DNA of 64,000 bases from Podarcis muralis (taxonomy: Eukaryota), in contig NC_135664.1 of NCBI RefSeq assembly GCF_964188315.1, positions 25,110,001 to 25,174,000 of the forward strand, in the 5' to 3' direction. Position numbers and translations under genes: made by a program. Under the pieces are notes generated by a model, which was not told where the DNA came from, searched no databases, and saw only the letters and a program-made list of their open reading frames with translations. Of this stretch, positions 50,242 through 62,316 are shown piece after piece. How positions within the stretch are numbered: the first letter of the stretch is position 1; each line of letters opens with the position of its first letter.

Positions 50242-51071
50242 CTTTATTGTTTTGAGAATTGAGGGAGGAAGCATGCAAAAAAAAAATTTTTTTTCATAAA
50301 AAGGAAAACAAGCTTCACTAATATTGAAAGGAAAAGGTGGCTTAATATATGGTTTCCAAAAGAGACACAAAGCCGTCTAGCCCCAGGCTGTAGTGAAAAC
50401 CTGTAATTTCATCAGACTGTATTGTGGTATGCATGGAGACACTTAGCAGCTGGGTCCCTCTGACTGCAGAAAAAGAAAGCAGAGAGACAGATTGTGATTC
50501 ATGTGAGAACAGCAAATGGGGCTGTTGCCTTCTCCTGTTTAAAGATGCAGGCATATATCACACGGACACAATTTATGGTTTAGTCTTTGACCTACGAAAG
50601 AGGGAATGAAATACTTTCTTCTACCACTGGCACAAGTGTAATGGAGCAAATGAAACGCCTCAGCCAGGCCAGTAATGTGCCAGGGAGCTGACGGAAAGCA
50701 AATCATGTGTGCGAAGAGCCAGCAAGGATGTGTTGCCACGTGGAAGCCTCTTTTCTTTTTTTGCCGAAGTCACACTGTATTTACAAAGTATTCAGAGAAC
50801 CCTCGATTAAAGGGGGCAGTTCAAACTTTCGGCAATATTTAATGATGACTTTCTTATTTGAGGAAGCTTGAGTACACGCTGTAGATTCTTTCATTTTAAA
50901 TTCTCAGGCAGAAACGCTGATTGTATTAGAAGGCATTTGTGCCTCTTCCCAAGTTTGATGATGCAGGGGGGAAAAGATAGCTCAAAGTGATATACTTAGT
51001 AAAGTTTCTGAAGTTAGGAAATGTGTATATCAAAAGATTAGAAGAGAGGATTTTGTGTATCACTTTGTATG

Positions 51072-51313
51072 CAGTAGTACCTTGGTTGTTGAACGGCTTG
51101 GCTCCCGAACAAATCAGCTCCCGAACACTGCAAACCCGGAAGTGTGTGTTCCAGTTTGCAAACTTTTCTCGGAAGCTGAACATCCGACGCGGCTTCCAAT
51201 TGAGTGTAGGAAGCTACTGCAGCCAATTGGAAGCTGCGCCTTGGTTTAAGAATGGTTCCGGGAGTCGAACGGACCCTCAGAACAAATTAAGTTCAACAAC
51301 CAAGGCACCACTG
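51072..51313. mobile_element. Tc1/mariner-like MITE (27350 family)
   Basis: cagtagtaccttgg...ccaaggcaccactg|TA. Confidence 0.85.
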
Positions 51314-51334
51314 TATCTGCTTCTTCTTAAAGCA

Positions 51335-51645
51335 ACATAGAAAGTGGGTCTGGAGGGATGGAGCAAGCTTGTTTTCTCCTGCTATGGAGGTTAGGACCCA
51401 AACCAATGGGTTCAAGTTACAAGAAAGGCGATTCCGTCGAAACATCAGAAAGAGCTTTCTGACAGCACTGTTCAACAGTGGAACAGACTCCCACGAAAGG
51501 TGGTGGACTCTCCTTCCTTGGAGGTTTTTAAGCATAGGTTGGATGGCCATCTGTCATGTATGAGCTAGTTGAGATTCCTGCTTTGCGGTGGTTGGATCTG
51601 ATGACCTTCAGGGTCCCTTCGAACCCTACAATTCTATGATTCCAT
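51335..51645 (+). mobile_element. CR1 LINE 3' end
   Basis: RTQTNGFKLQERRFRRNIRKSFLT peptide; tail acaattctatgattcc. Confidence 0.8.
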
Positions 51646-54596
51646 GTGTCTTAGGTTGGATGAGTGTTTGCACTACAGCAGGAGCAGAGAGCCTGTGATC
51701 CTCCCAGTGTTGCTAGACTACAACTCGCATCAATCCCGACCATTTGCCTCATGGACAGGGACTGATGGGAGGTGGAACCCAACAACGTCTGAAGGATCTG
51801 AGGTTCTCCACCTGGGAGTTACACGTAGATGCTGCAGAAGTATCGTGCGGTGTAGATGGTAGCATGAATTCGGTGGTAATAGGTAGGCATCTGCCCTCAA
51901 AACACTCCTGCCATGAGAGTAGAAAGGCAGCTGCATAGGCAATTTATGAAGATGGACAATGGACCATGGACCAGTTTGGGATGAACACTTTTCATGACAA
52001 CCGCAAAGTAGTGCCACTCAGTACTGATGGGGGCACTGCCACTTATGCAAACCGGTGCCTGCTAATTATTAAAATAAATGTCTACCTCCTTTGGTGTTAA
52101 CATTCTTACTAAACACATTTAGCATTTAACGTAACTGCAGTGGTAATTACAATGTAGGTTTATGTGGAACATAACAGTTGCTAATTAATGAGGCTTTTTT
52201 ACAAGAAAGAAATATTATGCTAATCTTAATAACTACTGCCAAGCCTTTATGCTCCTTAAATCTTGAACACTGCAATCATTTGTAGTGTACACGTGAGGAC
52301 CGTGAGACCACGGCTGTTTTCAAAGTCCTTTTGATCATAGTGGGAAGAGAGCTAACCATGTGTTGTATGTTGCAACTGAAATGAATGTGACCCAAATGAA
52401 CTAGGACTGAATCATGTCCTAAGACAGAGATAGTTCTGCTCATTAGTTCAAATCACACATGAAGATCCAAAGGATATTACACTCTTTTAAGCTCCACAAC
52501 TGCTAAGAATAATGGATTCTTCAGATTATCCCACTGAAGTCTGAAGGATGCAGCAATGCTTCTGTTTTTCTGTAACAGAGAGTGCTGGTTTAATTGAAAT
52601 GTACATAGTTCATACCCCGCAAGTGTCCCAGAAAAACTGGGGTATCTTGTTTTTTTATTGTGAGAGAACAGTGGTCATTTGGGTTGCTGTGATCTCTCAG
52701 GATTTCATGATACAATTCCTCCCCCCCCCCCCGCCCTTTTCAGGGCCACAATTTTGTGTAGTGCCATGCCCGAAAAAATGCTGGGGGGGGGGGGGGAACC
52801 ATGGTGTGAAATCACGGCAGTCAAAATGGCTGCCATTCCCTTGCAACAAAAAACAAGAAGATAGTATCCTGGATTTTGGCTTCAAAGTCTTGAAGGATAT
52901 GCATAGTCATAAATACATACAGCCCATTGCCCTTCTGGTGGAATTATCTATATGAATTTAAAAACCTTCTGTTGTTTTAAATGTGCACCTGCAATGATGT
53001 AAGCAAATTATGCGGTCTATGGATTTTTGTGACATTTAGTTCCAACATTTATTGGAATAAACATCTACTATAAAATCCTATGTAGTTTTGAAATACACAT
53101 ATTTTCCTCAGGTAATGTAGATGTTGCCTTTAATAAATTGCTGATATATAAAACATAATCTGACACCAGAACCTATTTTACCATCTGCAATACATTGAGG
53201 TAGTTTGACCCCAGCCTTGCTTGAGGGCCCAATTACTGCAGTTCTCAGATAAGACTGATCCTTTAATCAAACCTGCATTGATTTTTTTTATCAGATCTTC
53301 AACAAATTCTGCTTATCTCTGTGCATTTTCAGAAACCCCACAAGAGGCAGAGTCAAGATTACATGGCCATGGAAAAGAATAAAAGTCATTTGCCATCTGC
53401 AATACATTGTATTTAAAATTATGATTTATTATCTACAGTGCATTTTTTAGCATTGCAAGTAGTACAGTCTTTGTATACCATCAGCCTTTGCTTCTATTTC
53501 AGTTGTATAGGGAGCAGACACACAATAAGAAAATGATGTATTTGGGGTCGATTGCTGACGGTGGTTGAAATGGAAATTGAACTTAGATTTTTCGGATGCA
53601 GATATTATCGACTAGTAGAGCTTTCATGTTAAAGCATTAAGAATAACATATAATTCTTGTCCAGTGTTATTTTATTTTATTCTTTGGTAGATTTACAAAA
53701 GAAAAATAAAACAACAACAACACACCGATAAATAAATTTTAGGAAGAGGCAGGATTAGATGCAGACACACACAAAAAGACTCCTTGCACTTGGCAGTTGG
53801 GGCCTGATGAGCCTGCCAGTTGGTTGAGTTCTACTCAGTTGCAGCGAGTGGAAGATAAGAGCCAGAGGAGAGAAAACTGGCATAAGAATATAAATCTAGA
53901 AGCAATAACTGAGTGATGAGACCTAGGATTTTAGCTAGTAAATGAATCTGCATAGATTGGTTCCCCCCCTCCCATTGTTAATGCATTCAATGCAACAACT
54001 AGCAACCCATTAAACTCTAAAGGCCTGACTTAAAAGGCTCGATGTTAGCCATTGCTTCTGGAAATTTGCTGTACCGTAGTATGGGCAAGGGGTTTCTTGC
54101 CTTTTCAAGCAAAATTTTGCTCCCAAGCACTAAAAAATAATTTATGTAATTTCTCCCAAGTAACATGAATAACTAGCTTGGAAATTCCTGGGCACTGACT
54201 GTGAAAGATGCTGCCGTGATAAGATTTTCTGCTCTATGTGTGTATTCCAGGTCTGTGTCAATATGATATCAGACTCCTATTACAGCTGGCTGACGGTTCC
54301 TGGCTCCTTCAATGTCAGGTTAATCTGCTGCTCTCTGTCAACTTAAACACTGTTTCTTTCATATATCACCTTGCCCGCAAATGCACACAGATATATCATC
54401 CATATAGACAGAGAACAAGATTTATTATGGCTGCATCAATGCATTTTATTCTGTCTCAAAGAACTAACTTTGTTGTTTTAATATCTTCCTCTTAATACCT
54501 TTTTCGAGCTCTTGCTACTTAAAATTGAAACTTGATTTTTCTTCTCCTAGCTTTATTCTTTTGTTTTGTTTTAGATTAAGCTATTCTGATGCTTAA

Positions 54597-54950
54597 GGGA
54601 CGCGGGTGGCACTGAGGGTTAAACCACAGAGTTTAGGACTTGCTGATCAGAAGGTCGGCGGTTCGAATCCCCGTGACGGGGTGAGCTCCCGTTGCTCTGT
54701 CCCTGCTCCTGTCAACCTAGCAGTTCGAAAGCACGTCCAAGTGCAAGTAGATAGATAGGTACCGCTCCGGTGGGAAGGGAAACGGCGTTTCCGTGCGCTG
54801 CTCTGGTTCGCCAGAAGTGGCTTAGTCATGCTGGCCACATGACCCGCAAGCTGTACGCCGGCTCCCTCGGCCAATAGAGCAAGATGAGCGCCGCAACCCC
54901 AGAGTCGGTCACGACTGGACTTAATGGTCAGGGGTCCCTTTGCCTTTACC
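54597..54950 (+). mobile_element. Sauria SINE
   Basis: Full length; probable TSD tattctg(a/g)tgct. Confidence 0.92.
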
Positions 54951-55446
54951 TTATTCTGGTGCTAGCACTTTTGTTCATATAACAGATGAACCACATGGGC
55001 TGAGGTATGTCAAGAAGCAGAGTCAAGGGTAGGTCAACAATAAAAAGTACAGTGTCAGTGAAGGTAACTCTTTATTCAAAGAGCTAAAACAGTGCAGGCC
55101 TAGTAATCCTGACAGCTCTTCCTAGTAGGTCTTGCTCCAATGAGGCAGTTACGAGGACTGTCAAACAGCTCTTACTGTCAGAAAGTTTTTCCTGAAGTTT
55201 AGTCGGGATCTTCTTTCTTGTAACTTGGGGCTGAAGCCCAGAGCCTCGCAGTCTGGCCCCCATCCCCACTGACCACTCAGGGAATGGCAGGTGAGGTCAT
55301 CTGGGTGACATGGATCTGCTGGTTACCACAGCAACCATTCTTATTTTTAAATATGTTTTATAGTTGGAGGAAGACTGGCCTGATGTGTGCCTGGCTACAG
55401 ATGCTCATTTTAGTATTATTTACTTTAAAGTACCTTACAGTTTAGA

Positions 55447-55800
55447 GGGACCCAGGCGGCACTGTGGGTAAACCACAGAGCCTAGGACTTGCTGATCAGA
55501 AGGTCGGCGGTTCGAATCCCTGCGACGAGGTGAGCTCCCGTTGCCTGGTCCCATCTCCTGCCAACCTAGCAGTTCGAAAGCACGTCAAGTGCAAGTAGAT
55601 AAATAGGTAGATAAATAGGGTACCGCTCCGGCGGGAAGGTAAACAGCATTTCCGTGTGCTGCTCTGGTTTGCCAGAAGCGGCTTAGTCATGACCTGGAAG
55701 CTGTACGCCGGCTCCCTCGGCCAGTAAAGCGAAATGAGCGCCGCAACCCCTGAGTCGGTCACGACTGGACCTAATGGTCAGAGGTCCTTTACCTTTTACC
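55447..55800 (+). mobile_element. Sauria SINE
   Basis: Full length; small internal duplication (tagataaatagg twice); probable TSD ttacagttt. Confidence 0.92.
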
Positions 55801-56847
55801 TTACAGTTTTGGAATAACAAAATGGTGCTTATTCCTAAACATGTTTATAGTCAGGACAGCAGAAGCAAACCTGTTTCCCTCCTGTGTCCATGATGATGCT
55901 ATAATTGATGTGAGTTTAAAGTTGCATATGCTCAAAGTGTTTTTTTATTAGGGTTGGCATACTGTGTGCTTTTGTTGTTGTTGTTGTTTTGCTCTAACAT
56001 AGCAGGAATGTAAAAGCATGAAATTGTGGAGGGCAGGGAGAGAAAGAGAAATGCTAAAAGTTTGTCTCACAGCAAAGTAAGATCTCCATTAGAGCATTAA
56101 GTCCAGGGTCTACAGCAAAATTACCTATCTGCACAAGAGGCATTCAGTTTATTCAGCACTGCTTTGAATAGAGGGAGGAACAGGGAATTCCCACAGGCTG
56201 CTTAACGTTGTTTCAGTAGGCCCAAGCTCAATTGCCTGATGGCTCGGAGGTCTGGGCAGGGTACTATTCCTTCAAGGAAGCAGTTCCCCAGCAAAAGTGG
56301 CACATGGTGTGAGGTAAAAGTGTGTCTTGGCTGGAAAATGCCAACACCCTTCCTTGCATGCATTTCTACTCTGCTTGGTAGGTAATGTTTTGTGAACTTC
56401 GGTAGGCAAACCTTTGGTGAGATACCCACACATGCATTCAGCATGAGCGGTAAATAGGTTTAGAGCAGTAAATATGCTTAGAAAAACATATTTAGGGGGG
56501 AAAGAAAGGCAAGTAGTTTCTTGAGAAGCAAGCTCAGTCTCACAGAATGTGTTGTTGGGGAAATGGCACTCTGTGCCGCAGTGGAAAAGAAACAGCAATC
56601 AATTTCGAAGGTGGCATTTTCTCAGCCTTAGCTCTGAAGTTTAGTTTATTAAATTTATTAATTGCTTCCCACAAGCAGTGTAAGCCCTGAAGTGATTTAC
56701 AGAAATGAAGTAAAATACAGAGAATGTAATGTGCAATATGCTGCAGTCTTGCTGATTGGCCCGTGCCTAGGAATTTTTTGTTTTGTTTTTCAAATCCCTG
56801 ACATGGCAGTGAGCCACACAATTAGCATAATGTATAGTTAGGCCTCT

Positions 56848-57197
56848 GGGCGCGGGTGGCGCGGTGGGTTAAACCACACAGCCTAGGGCTCGCCGATCAC
56901 AAAGTCAGTGGTTCAAATCCCCGTGACGGGGTGAGCTCCCGTCGCTCGGTCCCTGCTCCTGCCAACCTAGCAGCTTGAAAGCACAAAGTGCAAGTAGATA
57001 AATAGGTATCACTCCGGCGGGAAGGTAAACGGTGTTTCCGTGCACTGCTCTGGTTCGCCAGAAGCAGCTTAGTTATGCTGGCCACATGACCCGAAAGCTG
57101 TATGCCGGCTCCCTCAGCCAATAAAGCAAGATGAGCGCCGCAACCCCAGAGTCGTCTGCGACTGGACCTAATGGTCAGTGGTCCCTTTACCTTTACC
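56848..57197 (+). mobile_element. Sauria SINE
   Basis: Full length; probable TSD tatagtta(g/a)gcc(t/a)ct. Confidence 0.92.
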
Positions 57198-57313
57198 TAT
57201 AGTTAAGCCACTAGATGTTCTCTGCACATATAAGAGTTGTACTGGATCAGACCAGTCTATTCCATAATCCTGTTCTTATAGCGGCCACCAGGACCTGAGT
57301 TCAGTAGCACTCT

Positions 57314-57547
57314 CCTTGGGTTACATGTGCTTCAGGTTACATACGCTTCAGGTTACAGACTCCGCTAACCCAGAAATATTACCTCGGGTTAAGAACTTTG
57401 CTTCAGGATGAGAACAGAAATCGTGCTTCGGCAGTGCGGCAGCAGCAGGAGGCCCCATTAGTTAAAGTGGTGCTTCAGGTTAAGAAGAGTCTCAGGTTAA
57501 GAACGGACCTCCGGAACGAATTAAGTACTTAACCCGAGGTACCACTG
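57314..57547. mobile_element. Tc1/mariner-like MITE, left end degenerate
   Basis: Repeated gcttcaggtta motifs; right end cccgaggtaccactg|TA. Confidence 0.75.
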
Positions 57548-58880
57548 TACTTTGATTTGCAGTCCTGGAATGAGTGGGAGGGTGTGATCTTGCTATATAT
57601 ACACATAAAGGTTTTGTGGGCCCAGAGGCACATTGGGAATCTGAAAAAGTGTCATGAGCACAATAAAATACATGTTTCACAGCAGAAAAACTGGTGATGT
57701 TTAGGAGCTCCCCGTTTCTGAAAGAAAACACAGGCAAAATATATGCACCCCCCCAAAACCCAACAATTAAAAACAGATGAAAAAAGCCCCAGTCAGCACC
57801 CCAATCCCAACTCCTCAGTTAACAATCCCCACCCAAATAACTCAAGGGGCAGTGTGCTTTGTAGGCATTGTGTGTATGTGTGTGATTGCTGTGGTGTCTA
57901 CAACCACCCTATTGGGAACCCTGGATTTAAAGCAGTGTTTACCAAAGTGTGTGATACCGTCCCCTGGGGGTGCTGGAATGGTTCAGGCTGGTGGTGGTGT
58001 TAACCTTGGATGCAACTGAGGGGCATTGAATAAAAATAAGGGGGCAGTGGAAGCATAAAGAAGGCAGAGAAGAAAAATTTGATAAACTGTTTGTACATGC
58101 TTCATTTATTGTGTAATGGCACTTAACCACCAGGTTGGCTGCACTTGTGGGATGGTGACTGTTAGGATATTTCCGTTCCACCTTAAAAGGGAGCAGGCTT
58201 TGTGAGTCACAGTGTCTGCGTATTTCCTGTTCACAGGATGTTTATGTTTTCTATTGCTTTCGTTTCTCTCTCTCGGTGCCTGAACACTGAAGCAGGCGGT
58301 CATGTTTTTTCTTTGTTCTGACCAACGCAGAAAAAACTTATAAATAATGCTCTCCTGCGTGCATCTTTCGCTGTGCACTATCTGCTGATAAGAGCGTGCA
58401 TCAGCTCTGGAATGTGGCAAGCTATTTCTGGAGCTCGTGTCGCTAATTGCTGATACTGCGTGTCTACGGGAGATCAATGGACGTCCGGAGGCGACGTGGG
58501 GCCATGATGGACTTTGTCTCCCTGGCAGTATCCCAACAGTGACAACGCCTCCCCTGGATCCAGCAGTCGTGCTTGAGGCGAAGGGTTTCCTTCAGGCCCA
58601 GGAAGTAGATTGCAGCTCGCCTGCCTATTTGGCCAATGGCAGGCAGGCTGCAGCGCTGGCCCTGCCCCTGGAACAGGGCGGACTGAGTTCACTCTGATCA
58701 TACTAGATTTCCTGAGGGGGGGGGCAGTGCTGAGTAATTTCTCTCTCTTTCCTGAAAAAGGGGTGGTAGGCCAATTAAGTTTCGGAACCTGTGATCTAAA
58801 GTGTGCATGATGAACAAGCACAAATACATCTTTAAACATCTGTGCACATGAAATCTTGCTCAATCAGGGTTCCCATAGAC

Positions 58881-59538
58881 CAGTGTTTCCCAACCTTTTT
58901 CTGACCACGGCCCCCCTTCCAACCTTATTTCCTTCCTCCTCTGTCCTACCAGCGGAAAGGTAGCTATTTTCTTTGTAAACAGAACATGTTTTATTTATAA
59001 TTATATAACTTATATAATTTCACCTGTGGCCCCCTTGGAATATCCTGGGGGGGCAGTGCCAGATTTACGTATAAGCCAAACAAGCTATAGCTTAGGGCCT
59101 TGCTCTCTTGGGGGGTCCCAAAAAAAATTTAAAGGGAAAAAAACTGGATGTACATTTCCAAAATATGATAAAAAACAAATAAAATAAAACCTACATACAG
59201 CAACAGTGTTTTGTGTTCTATAGGCTCCTATGGTGTAAATAATGGGCCCCGCCTGCTAGCCTGCTCCCTAAAATATCACTGGTTTGCTCATTTCTATATA
59301 TAGGGTGCCTACATTCTGCATGGACTGGATGCATGGCAACATGTGCAAATGGTGTTAGATACCTATCAGGTTCATAAATTACAATATAGCATATATTCAA
59401 CACAAAAAAACAGTGACAATTTGTTGTTGACAAAGGACAGCTGTACCAGTAGCTTAGGGCCTCATCAAACCTAAATCCGGCTTGCTGGGGGGTCCCAAGG
59501 GGCCATATCCCCCCCCCCCCCCCCGTTGAGAAACACTT
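58881..59538. mobile_element. hAT MITE containing a second hAT element (59054-59484)
   Basis: Outer TIRs cagtgtttcccaac / gttgagaaacactt with TSD CCATAGAC; inner TIRs cagtgccagattta / taaatccggcttg with TSD ctgggggg. Confidence 0.8.
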
Positions 59539-61088
59539 CCATAGACATATATACAACTTAAAGATAGCTATCTGTTTGTTATTCATACTTCACATGTTTG
59601 CTGAGGAAAGCAGCAATACACACATAGCAAACATGTTTGCTGTGTAAAATGTTCCGTGCCATCCATCAGGCCCTCTTGCCCGAGACGTAGCTGCATATGT
59701 CAGGGCTGAGCTTAATTAAACTGATTGGGGAAACTTGTTTGGAAGCTTCTGTTTTGTTTTACTAACTGCAGGTAAGCTATTTCTGGCAGCTCCTCTTGGT
59801 AGTTGTCAGCATCTGTAGTGTAAGCAGACATGATTTATAGAGCGTGAAAGAGGAGCTAGGTGGATATGCGATATTCTTTGTCTCAGCTGCTTAGTCAAAA
59901 ACCTCCTGGTACTTCCTGTCTTTTCTCCCCAAACCACAAAATTGTATTTTGATGCTTTTGTTGGACAAAAAGGGCTCATTCGTTTGGTTTTGACCTGCGG
60001 GCAGTGGACCTTTCTCGTAGTGAATTTTTGCAGGGAATTTGCAGAAATTTGAATATTTTGTTGCATGGGGAAGATGCCTTTCACAAAGGAGATGAAATAT
60101 GGACCTTAATTGAGATTCATGGAGAAGGGGGAAATCTTACAGCTCAAAGCAGTGACCCATATTTTTCATGCCTGATTTATGCTCCAGCAAATTGCAAAGT
60201 AGCCTACACCTGCTTTCCTGTTTGCGGTTGACACTTTGAATCCCCTAGTGGGAGGAAGAGTAGCACTGCATGCTTATCCTTTACATCATGGAACCCCTTT
60301 ATCGCATGATGTTCTCCTATACAATGCATAGGGATGGGGACTGTGTCATAGCCTACCAGCAACCTCAAAACATTTACTGGTCTCACCCTCCTGGCCTCCA
60401 TGTGTTCAGCATAAAGTGACAACAGTCTGTATATGTAGAGAGTCTGTCAGTCCCTACCAACATGGAGATGTTGGAGCCTGAACCAGCAGGCATATTAGAT
60501 AGTGTCACTGATATGCTCTGGTGATATTTACTATTCCGAATTTCGGTTTCTGCTTCATTCATTTCATATTCTCCAAAGCAGACACTGGCACCCCAATACA
60601 TTCATTAGAAATCATTAAACAGTAGCCAAAGCAGAAGTGCATTTTTTTTGGTGCCGAGTAACAGTTACAAAGTAAAAAGATTTATTTTATTTTTTTGCAC
60701 CAAAGCATATTGGGAAGAAGTATTTCTTTGTTGCATTATGCCATTGTGTGACCTGAGCCCTTTCCCTCTTGGTGGTTTAGTGTTATGTCAAACCCCAGTT
60801 TGCTGTGGTTTATTTGAAACACCTTCAAACTATCAGCTATGTTAAAACAAGCCATTGGTAAGATTAACCGAAGCTTTGGGTTGGGAGGTAATGCTAAACG
60901 ATGGTTAATAAAGAAACATTCACATCACGATAAGTCGTAATTTGTCTGAGTCCAGTTCCAAGCTAATGTCTTTCCCTGGGGTCATATCCATTGTGAATGT
61001 CACTTTTGAACAGGGCTTCAGTTTGTTTTCCTCCCTTTGCACCACACAAAATATGCTCTGGAGTGTCTGCCCTGACTTCCACTCATGG

Positions 61089-61138
61089 GACTCTCAGCTT
61101 GATTATTACCAAGACTCTCAGCTTGATTATTACCAAGA
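61089..61138. repeat. Perfect 24-bp tandem duplication
   Basis: GACTCTCAGCTTGATTATTACCAA twice, followed by GA. Confidence 0.95.
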
Positions 61139-62316
61139 GGGGTACAAAACTCTGCGTTCAGAATTGTGTGATGCATCTGCGGTTTATTGGATCTGCTGCA
61201 TGCCAGCCTAGAAGGACCACGCCCATGACCTGTTTAGGGTTTATGGGACTGAATCCACTCCCTTTACCTTCTTTTCAGGCAAATGAATTGGCATAGTACC
61301 AAAACCGGTCAAAATACAGTAAGATTTTCTTTGTAGGCTAAGAGCAAAGGCCCATCTGGTCTATCAGTCAGTGTTCTGTAGTAGCCAATCAGAGGTCTAT
61401 GGAAAGATCTGACAGGTTATGAGGAGGTAACTAAAACCCAAGCATCTGAAAATCACTTCTTTTTATCATGTGCTGCTCCCTGATACAAATTGTTCCTATT
61501 TATTCTAATATCCATTAATATTTCTATTGTCATTCAATTTGTACATTCCTCTTTAGTCACAAAGCAATAAATTACAGAAGTTAGTCATGCAGTGCATGAA
61601 AAAATGTTTTCTTCTCTGTGTTGTGAACCTATTGCAAATGTCATTTGATGACCCTGAGATCTACTACTTTGAGATGGAAAATATTTTCTCCTTTGTCCTC
61701 CAGACTGTTAATTTTATGAGCTTTTATAAAGCTATGCTCCATCTTCATGATCCATAAACGTAATCTTTCTGTGGTTGAGCAACCCAAACTGCACATCGTA
61801 CTAAAAACTTAGGTACATTAGATGTGCTACTTGGATTTGTAAGTGAACATTGGATGGATATTTGTAATAGAAAGAGAGAATAAAAATGGCAAGGGGATTT
61901 ATTCATTCTGGTTAGTCTGAATATAATTACTGAATTGTTGCCGGGACTGTAGGAGCTTAATTACAAATTGAAAAATAAATTGCATAAACCTGCTCACAGC
62001 AGGTTTCGTTATAAAGAGTGAACGAGGTCAAACATGATAGGGCTGGTTAGATGAAGAATTAGAGCTTCTTAAAGATGCTTCTCCGTGATAATATCCCACG
62101 GAGCTATGTTAATCAGACAACATAACCACACGTGGACACGGGATTGCACGGGTCTCTTGGTTCCGTGGGATTTTACTTTTATTTTGAAACAGAGTTTAAA
62201 AATACAGGCAACAGTACACACATACATGCACCAATGTGAGATTATGAAAGGAGATGGTACACATCTAAACAATTCCACTAGCATAAGGACGTTTAGCTGT
62301 GCAATGAAGATAAGAA

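Noticed and set aside
59620-59645. 16-bp perfect palindrome AGCAAACATGTTTGCT
   Set aside because: Too short for a miRNA hairpin; probably a small repeat relic or chance.
59941-60600. Protein-like ORFs in intron 8 (possible nested gene, as in DOCK1/DOCK2 introns)
   Set aside because: All frames close within ~80 codons, with no recognisable homology and no consistent splice structure.
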